From Nemertoderma westbladi (Eukaryota > Animalia > Xenacoelomorpha): 64,000 nt of DNA. Where the stretch lies: assembly GCA_032718475.1 (NCBI GenBank), contig JAUCBJ010003564.1, positions 90,611 to 154,610 on the forward strand, read 5' to 3'. Below the pieces are notes generated by a model. It saw only the letters and a program-made list of their open reading frames with translations. It did no database searches and had not been told where the DNA came from. Within the stretch, counting starts at the first letter, position 1, and the number at the start of each line of letters is the position of its first letter. This document shows, piece after piece, positions 54,751 through 64,000 of the stretch. A program made the translations under genes and the position numbers.

Positions 54751-57700
54751 ACAACATCTCGTCCGGACGTGTTGTTTACAGACAACATCTCGTCCGGACG
54801 TGTTGTTTACAGACAACATCTCGTCCGGACGAGTTGTTTACAGAAAAAATCTCGTCCGGACGTGTTGTTTACAGACAACATATCGTCCGGATGAGTTGTT
54901 TACAGACAACATCTAGTCCGGACGAATTGTTTACAGACAACATCTCGTCCGGACGAGTTGTTTACAGACAACATCTAGCCCGGACGAATTGTTTACAGAC
55001 AACATCTCGTCCGAACGTGCTGTTTACAGACAACATCTCGTCCGGACGAGTTGTTTACAGACAACATCTCGGTCGGGCGTGTTGTTTACAGACAACATCT
55101 CGTCCGAACGAGTTGTTTACAGACAACATCTCGTTCGGACGAGTTGTTTACAGACAACATCTCGCCCGGACGAGTTGTTTACAGACAACATCTCGGTCGG
55201 GCGTGTTGTTTACAGACAACATATCGTCCGAACGAGTTGTTTACAGACAACATCTCGTCCGTACGTGTTGTTTACAGACAACATCTCGTCCGGACGAGTT
55301 GTTTACAGACAACATCTCGGTCGAGCGTGTTGTTTACAGACAACATCTAGTCCGGACGAATCGTTTACAGACAACATCTCGTCTGGACGAGTTGTTTACA
55401 GACAACATCTCGCCCGGACGTGCTGTTTACAGACAACATCTCGTCCGGACGAGTTGTTTACAGACAACATCTCGACCGGGCGTGTTGTTAACAGACAACA
55501 TCTCTTCCGAACGAGTTGTTTACAGACAACATCGTCTGGACGTGTTGTTTACAGACAACATCTAGTCCGGACGAATTGTTTACAGACAACATCTCGTCTG
55601 GACGAGTTGTTTACAGACAACATCTCGTCCGGACGAGTTGTTCACAGACAACATCTCGTCCGGACGTGTTGTTTACAGACAACATCTCGTCCGGACGAGT
55701 TGTTTACAGAAAAAATCTCGTCCGGACGTGTTGTTTACAGACAACATATCGTCCGGATGAGTTGTTTACAGACAACATCTAGTCCGGACGAATTGTTTAC
55801 AGACAACATCTCGTCCGGACGAGTTGTTTACAGACAACATCTAGCCCGGACGAATTGTTTACAGACAACATCTCGTCCGAACGTGCTGTTTACAGACAAC
55901 ATCTCGTCCGGACGAGTTGTTTACAGACAACATCTCGGTCGGGCGTGTTGTTTACAGACAACATCTCGTCCGGACGTGTTGTTTACAGACAACATCTCGT
56001 CCGGACGAGTTGTTTACAGAAAAAATCTCGTCCGGACGTGTTGTTTACAGACAACATATCGTCCGGATGAGTTGTTTACAGACAACATCTAGTCCGGACG
56101 AATTGTTTACAGACAACATCTCGTCCGGACGAGTTGTTTACAGACAACATCTAGCCCGGACGAATTGTTTACAGACAACATCTCGTCCGAACGTGCTGTT
56201 TACAGACAACATCTCGTCCGGACGAGTTGTTTACAGACAACATCTCGGTCGGGCGTGTTGTTTACAGACAACATCTCGTCCGAACGAGTTGTTTACAGAC
56301 AACATCTCGTTCGGACGAGTTGTTTACAGACAACATCTCGCCCGGACGAGTTGTTTACAGACAACATCTCGGTCGGGCGTGTTGTTTACAGACAACATAT
56401 CGTCCGAACGAGTTGTTTACAGACAACATCTCGTCCGTACGTGTTGTTTACAGACAACATCTCGTCCGGACGAGTTGTTTACAGACAACATCTCGGTCGA
56501 GCGTGTTGTTTACAGACAACATCTAGTCCGGACGAATCGTTTACAGACAACATCTCGTCTGGACGAGTTGTTTACAGACAACATCTCGCCCGGACGTGCT
56601 GTTTACAGACAACATCTCGTCCGGACGAGTTGTTTACAGACAACATCTCGACCGGGCGTGTTGTTAACAGACAACATCTCTTCCGAACGAGTTGTTTACA
56701 GACAACATCGTCTGGACGTGTTGTTTACAGACAACATCTAGTCCGGACGAATTGTTTACAGACAACATCTCGTCTGGACGAGTTGTTTACAGACAACATC
56801 TCGTCCGGACGAGTTGTTCACAGACAACATCTCGCCCGGACGAGTTGTTCACAGACAACATCTCGCCCGGACGAGTTGTTTACAGACAACATCTCGGTCG
56901 GGCGTGTTGTTTACAGACAACATCTCGTCCGAACGAGTTGTTTACAGACAACATCTCGTCCGTACGTGTTGTTTACAGACAACATCTCGTCCGGACGAGT
57001 TGTTTACAGACAACATCTCGGCCGAGCGTGTTGTTTACAGACAACATCTCGTCCGGACGAATTGTTTACAGACAACATCTCGTCTGGACGAGTTGTTTAC
57101 AGACAACATCTCGTCTGGACGTGTTGTTTACAGAAAAAATCTCGTCCGGACGTGTTGTTTACAGACAACATCTAGTCCGGACGAATTGTTTACAGACAAC
57201 ATCTCGCCCGGACGTGTTGTTTACAGAAAAAATCTCGTCCGGACGTGTTGTTTACAGACAACATCTAGTCCGGACGAATTGTTTACAGACAACATCTCGT
57301 CCGGGCGAGTTGTTTACAGACAACATCTCGTCCGGGCGAGTTGTTTACAGACAACATATCGTCCGGACGTGTTGTTTACAGACAACATCTCGCACGGACG
57401 AGTTGTTTACAGAAAACATCTAGACCAGACGAGTTGTTTACAGACAACATCACGTCCGGACGAGTTGTTTACAGACAACATCTCGCCCGGACGAGTTGAT
57501 TACAGACAACATCTCGGTTGTTTACAGACAACATCTCGTCCGGACGTGTTGTTTACAGACAACATCTCGCCCGGACGAGTTGATTACAGACAACATCTCG
57601 GCCGGGCGTGTTGTTTACAGACAACATCTCGTCCGGACGAGTTGTTTACAGAAAAAATCTCGTCCGGACGTGTTGTTTACAGACAACATCTCGTCCGGAC

Positions 57701-60488
57701 GTGTTGTTTACAGACAACATCTCGTCCGGACGAGTTGCTTACAGACAACATCTCGTCCGGACGAGTTGTTTACAGAAAACATCTAGACCGGGCGAGTAGT
57801 TTACAGATAACATCACGTCCGGACGAGTTGTTTACAGACAACATCTCGCCCGGACGAGTTGATTACAGACAACATCTCGGCCGGGCGTGTTGTTTACAGA
57901 CAACATCTCGTCCGGACGAGTTGTTTAAAGAAAAAATCTCGTCCGGACGTGTTGTTTACAGACAACATCTCGTCCGGACGTGTTGTTTACAGACAACATC
58001 TCGTCCGGACGAGTTGCTTACAGACAACATCTAGTCCGGACGAGATGTTTACAGACAACATCTCACCCGGACGAGTTGTTTACAGAAAACATCTGGACCG
58101 GACAAGTTGTTTACAGACAACATCTCGTCCGGACGAGTTGCTTACAGACAACATCTGGACCGGACAAGTTGTTTACAGACAATATCTCGTCCGGACGAGT
58201 TGCTTACAGACAACATCTGGACCAGACAAGTGGTTTACAGACAACATCTCGTTCGGACGAGTTGTTTACAGACAACATCTCGCCCGGACGAGTTGTTTAC
58301 AGACAACATCTCGGTCGGGCGTGTTGTTTACAGACAACATATCGTCCGAACGAGTTGTTTACAGACAACATCTCGTCCGTACGTGTTGTTTACAGACAAC
58401 ATCTCGTCCGGACGAGTTGTTTACAGACAACATCTCGGCCGAGCGTGTTGTTTACAGACAACATCTAGTCCGGACGAATCGTTTACAGACAACATCTCGT
58501 CTGGACGAGTTGTTTACAGACAACATCTCGCCCGGACGTGCTGTTTACAGACAACATCTCGTCCGGACGAGTTGTTTACAGACAACATCTCGACCGGGCG
58601 TGTTGTTAACAGACAACATCTCTTCCGAACGAGTTGTTTACAGACAACATCGTCTGGACGTGTTGTTTACAGACAACATCTAGTCCGGACGAATTGTTTA
58701 CAGACAACATCTCGTCTGGACGAGTTGTTTACAGACAACATCTCGTCCGGACGAGTTGTTCACAGACAACATCTCGCCCGGACGAGTTGTTCACAGACAA
58801 CATCTCGCCCGGACGAGTTGTTTACAGACAACATCTCGGTCGGGCGTGTTGTTTACAGACAACATCTCGTCCGAACGAGTTGTTTACAGACAACATCTCG
58901 TCCGTACGTGTTGTTTACAGACAACATCTCGTCCGGACGAGTTGTTTACAGACAACATCTCGGCCGAGCGTGTTGTTTACAGACAACATCTCGTCCGGAC
59001 GAATTGTTTACAGACAACATCTCGTCTGGACGAGTTGTTTACAGACAACATCTCGTCTGGACGTGTTGTTTACAGAAAAAATCTCGTCCGGACGTGTTGT
59101 TTACAGACAACATCTAGTCCGGACGAATTGTTTACAGACAACATCTCGCCCGGACGTGTTGTTTACAGAAAAAATCTCGTCCGGACGTGTTGTTTACAGA
59201 CAACATCTAGTCCGGACGAATTGTTTACAGACAACATCTCGTCCGGGCGAGTTGTTTACAGACAACATCTCGTCCGGGCGAGTTGTTTACAGACAACATA
59301 TCGTCCGGACGTGTTGTTTACAGACAACATCTCGCACGGACGAGTTGTTTACAGAAAACATCTAGACCAGACGAGTTGTTTACAGACAACATCACGTCCG
59401 GACGAGTTGTTTACAGACAACATCTCGCCCGGACGAGTTGATTACAGACAACATCTCGGTTGTTTACAGACAACATCTCGTCCGGACGTGTTGTTTACAG
59501 ACAACATCTCGCCCGGACGAGTTGATTACAGACAACATCTCGGCCGGGCGTGTTGTTTACAGACAACATCTCGTCCGGACGAGTTGTTTACAGAAAAAAT
59601 CTCGTCCGGACGTGTTGTTTACAGACAACATCTCGTCCGGACGTGTTGTTTACAGACAACATCTCGTCCGGACGAGTTGCTTACAGACAACATCTCGTCC
59701 GGACGAGTTGTTTACAGAAAACATCTAGACCGGGCGAGTAGTTTACAGATAACATCACGTCCGGACGAGTTGTTTACAGACAACATCTCGCCCGGACGAG
59801 TTGATTACAGACAACATCTCGGCCGGGCGTGTTGTTTACAGACAACATCTCGTCCGGACGAGTTGTTTAAAGAAAAAATCTCGTCCGGACGTGTTGTTTA
59901 CAGACAACATCTCGTCCGGACGTGTTGTTTACAGACAACATCTCGTCCGGACGAGTTGCTTACAGACAACATCTAGTCCGGACGAGATGTTTACAGACAA
60001 CATCTCACCCGGACGAGTTGTTTACAGAAAACATCTGGACCGGACAAGTTGTTTACAGACAACATCTCGTCCGGACGAGTTGCTTACAGACAACATCTGG
60101 ACCGGACAAGTTGTTTACAGACAATATCTCGTCCGGACGAGTTGCTTACAGACAACATCTGGACCGGACAAGTGGTTTACAGACAACATCTCGTCCGGAC
60201 GAGTTGTTTACAGACAACATCTGGACCGGACAAGTTGTTTACAGACAACATCTCGTCCGGACGAGTTGTTTACAGAAAACATCTAGACCGGACGTGTTGT
60301 TTACAGACAACATCTCGTCCGGACGAGTTGCTTACAGACAACATCTGGACCGGACAAGTTGTTTACAGACAACATCTCGTCCGGACGAGTTGTTTACAGA
60401 AAACATCTAGACCGGACGTGTTGTTTACAGACAACATCTAGTCCGGACGAGATGTTTACAGACAACATCTCGTCCGGACGAGTTGCTT
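54751..60488 (+). repeat. 31-bp palindromic satellite, about 185 copies, with kb-scale internal duplications
   Basis: Unit ACAACATCTCGTCCGGACGAGTTGTTTACAG. Matching ORF-track translations recur at offsets of 1176 and 1942 bp. Confidence 0.97.
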
Positions 60489-61269
60489 ATTAAAAATACG
60501 AAGGACGCATCACTGCCTTCCTCACTCTTGTAACTCTGTCCGCGGATGACATAATACGTCTTATTAATTCCAACCAGCGATGGTGGAACTGTTCCCAACT
60601 TGGGCTCCGGATGCGCTGAGGAAAGAATTCGCTAACTGATTGGGCCTACACCAACGGACTGTATAGGCCTACTGGTGCGGTGGTGGTTAGGTAGGGACCA
60701 GTAGGTACTGCTAATTGCGTTTCATTTAATTAAGATAATAGTTGTGGATCGCATACACATAATACAGAGGCTACCCACTGGTATGGTATTGTATCAATCC
60801 TTTAATTGATTGATTGGCTTGGATATTAACAAACAGACATTGACCGGTCGGGCAATTCGTGTCGATTATATTATCTGCAGCATTGGGCCTATACTGCACA
60901 TGAGCATGACGATATGAATTCTTACGACAATACATTACTCCAGAATATCGTGTCCAACAGTCAAGCATCCACTCCATATATATGGGGTGATATAATAACT
61001 ATTTATTGTCCTGAAAATAAAATTAATTTACTGCTTGTCCTCACAAACATTTTTTTTGATTTGTATGGAATTAATTTCGCACTACCAAATTGTCAGGTTG
61101 ACATATTTTCCAGTTTTATTTATATCGCATTGCGACATTTACGCCATACATTTTACTATGTATGTCCAGTATATCCAGTATGTCACAGCGTCATTCTAAA
61201 TATAATTACATGACGTCATTTGAATATACACTAACTATTTTATAATTCTTAAACGTACAAAATTGAAAT

Positions 61270-61330
61270 AGGTCAGAATCGAACCAGCTTCCTTTACATT
61301 CATAACCCAACCCGTTATCCACTACGCTAA
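61270..61330 (-). mobile_element. Degenerate tRNA-derived SINE head
   Basis: The minus strand has TAGCGTAGTGG (A box) and GGTTCGATTC (B box). No full cloverleaf. Confidence 0.5.
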
Positions 61331-62829
61331 ATTAACACGAGAAGAAAGTGTGTATAATTAAGATGTCATACTCTCATGTTTGAAGGTTGTTCTAGAATGT
61401 TTAACACTATTAGTTACTCGTTTGGAAATTCTCTATAATTGCGATGATTTTAGAAAATGGTTCGTTATGTTAATGCAACTGTTCTGCTTAATTATAATAT
61501 CAAACTAATATAGATTTATTTCGGATAAGCGATATGTAATATAATGTACAGATAGGGGGGGGGGGGGGGGGGGGGATCCCTGCCTTGCATCTTTAAATGG
61601 TAGCTAAATGAATACTGGCGTTCGTTCTGGGGAGTATAGTTATGGGGGGTCTCACTGGAAATAAGTCGTCATTTCACCCGAGCAACGTTCTGGAGAGATT
61701 TCTCGAAGTCAATTAAGAGTTGTTTACATAGTTTCTTGGCAACCCAAACTTAACATAGCATACTGAGGAATATAAAGTACATTTTCTTTCGGAAACTTAT
61801 AACGTACTTTATTACACCGCGATGTCAACCCGATAATTAAACAAAATACTGATAAATAAATATAAAATGTAACGTTTTTATTAAGATTTTTCCAATCCGA
61901 TAGTTTCTGCGATCCAATGTGATTGCAGATTAAAATTAATTAGTAATAATTAATCAAGTTACTACTGCATCTAGGTTGAGCGGTTCCAATATATACAAAA
62001 AAAACTCGATTTATCTTTTATACAATGAGTATCTAAGGTTGTTTACTCAAGTAGCGAAGCACACAGAATCGCACCACGCCCAACACCCAGAGGTTTATAA
62101 ATCAGCTTGGATAGCAGAAATAATACGAGGCCACAAAAGGGGGGATCTCCATTATAAATAGAACATCGATGGTTGTAAACAATGTTATATGTCACCAGTC
62201 AATCAACGCCCTTGGTAAAGGGATATAAACCTGCTTTATAATCCCGGTTTATAAACTCGGTTTAATCTCTGGAGCACGTAGAATCCATTCTCGTCCCGCT
62301 AGCAACTATAACCCGTAGAGTTTCGAATTGCTTTTTTGAACTTTCCTGAAATATAAAATTACGTATATATGAGGTTTCAGTTTTGAAATTTTCACCAGGG
62401 TGAAAATACAGTAGATAGATTATGGTTGGATAATTTACTATATTAGATATACGAATAATTTGCAACAATTGCAGTTTGGTATGGGGCAGTAGTGCTCTGG
62501 AATACATTAAAATATTACTAAAATAAAAATAGGTCTACGTAACTTCATTAATTGCATTAATAAAACACATCTCTTGACATATGAAATATTTGTTTATAAA
62601 AAACATGGTCCCTATATATATAATTTTTACCCGAGGTTGTAAGGAGACGATAGTGACGTTGAGTCTACGCGGGGGGAACAGGCAGTGGATGCGGGGGACT
62701 TGGGATGGGGGGCTTCAACATGAGGGGTGGGGGGCTATGGTGGTGACACAGATCCATTCCGAGTCCTCCAAGGAGAAAAACTTACACCATTCTTATTCGT
62801 AATTGTGGTTGATTATGTTCTACACATGT

Positions 62830-63312
62830 CCTTAGACCATCTTAAAAATGCTGGGGTAATGGTAACACTCCCTACTGGCACAAAAAGTAGGTGAAATTCA
62901 GCCAAGTACCTTACTGATCTAGACTTTGCTAATGATTTAGGAGTACTGTCAGAATCACTAGAGAGAGCCCAAAGGCTCGTCTGTTCATTGAAACAGGTTG
63001 CTTCTAAAAAGTAAAGTAAAGTAAATTTTCTTCGGCCACTAGGCCAGGGATTACGCACAAAGTCTGACGACTTATTTCCAGTGCGGTCCCCCCAGAACTT
63101 TACTCCCCAGAGGAAACTCCAGTACTCATTTAGCTACCACTTAAGGATGCAAGGCAGAGATGCGCCCTAGTGTTGGTCTTTTTGTAAATTCCAAAAAGAC
63201 CAAAATCATGACAGTCAACCTAGACAGCCCTCAAGAAATCTCTGATCGTAAGGGCATAAGCTCTAAGGATGGCTTGCTTGAGCACGTGGTGACTTCTGCT
63301 ACTTGGGATCAT
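62830..63312 (+). mobile_element. Degenerate RTE LINE fragment split by a SINE insertion (63007-63167)
   Basis: Aligns with 28087-28383 (AAGTACCTTACTGATCTAGACTTTGCT...GACTTCTGCTACTTGGGATCA) and is interrupted after GCTTCTA. Confidence 0.88.
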
Positions 63313-63480
63313 TTATAATTTATTATTGGTGTTTTGGGTAGGCCTAAATGAGTGGTTTTATTATTATTATAACTTTTTGTTGGGCACAGCTTTGCAAAGT
63401 CGGAAATGGCGTCCAGATGGGTTCGAACTGGTGACCTCCGGGTTGGAAGTCTGGCGTTCTAACCATTCAGCTAGCGACTC
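63313..63480 (-). mobile_element. tRNA-derived SINE, apparently full length
   Basis: The minus strand has TAGCTGAATGGTTAGA (A box), GACTTCCAA (anticodon-like loop) and AGTTCGAACCC (B box), then a body shared with 26576-26696. Confidence 0.78.
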
Positions 63481-64000
63481 AGTTACAAGATAGACCTGGA
63501 AATACTACTTGATACCTTGTATGTCCGCAATTTACCTCCTCATGGCCTCCCATCTGCAATACCATCATCTGCTGCTACTGTGCTCAACCCTATCGTACTT
63601 GGCCGTCTTTAACCACTCGCTACATATTAACTATGAACCATCACGGCCACAATGTATAATTAAACACTCTAACTACTAATTTAGGTAGGACAGTTACACC
63701 CATAGAGAAGTGTAAATACTAGACAGAGTAGTTGAAATTCGAATTAAAATAAGGAGTACATTTTCCCCAGGGGGATAAAGTAATCAATAGGATTGCATTG
63801 ATTTTTCTTTTTTTCCTGGCAAAAAAAGTCAAATAAAGTATTTTTGTTGGATTTCTTAAGTTTTATTACATGTGTAGAAAGAACATCGAAGTGAAAAAGG
63901 TTTGCACGTAATTTCAGTAAAATCCATTCAAACACAAAGTTATAGCAACTTTAGTGTCTGCAAGGTGAACTCCAAACGGAACTCAATGTCCAACATTGAT

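Noticed and set aside
54751-60488. CRISPR array (31-bp palindromic repeats)
   Set aside because: The units are contiguous with no unique spacers, there are no cas genes, and the context is a spliced animal gene.
63405-63480. Functional tRNA gene
   Set aside because: A and B boxes are present, but the acceptor and anticodon stems pair poorly and the sequence continues into a repeated SINE body.

Overview
This is repeat-rich animal (probably bilaterian invertebrate) genomic DNA, not a prokaryotic window. One host gene is recognisable: the first three coding exons of an ether-a-go-go (eag, KCNH1/5-type) potassium channel on the minus strand (38353-38275, 27096-26863, 16880-16651), with canonical GT-AG sites and matching phases. 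No later exon was recognised, so the rest of the gene probably lies left of the window. Positions 1-10140 hold a BEL/Pao LTR retrotransposon co-oriented with the gene. Its gag-pol is broken by one in-frame TAG and one internal deletion, and it runs off the left edge. The remainder is intronic or upstream DNA packed with minisatellites (units of 18, 22, 31, 33, 39, 42, 55/59 and 63 bp), Helentron/HINE-like elements, MITEs, RTE and L2 LINE fragments and SINEs. Most long ORFs in the track are artefacts of these repeats. I found no novel multi-gene system. The best unexplained signals are: nine co-oriented CTCF-like motifs at about 146-bp spacing inside a HINE-like element; recurrent TA-to-TACAGTA/TACCGGTA/TAGGCCTA insertions resembling transposon excision footprints; a roughly 45-bp core shared by MITEs with unrelated ends; and a twin-primed SINE insertion.
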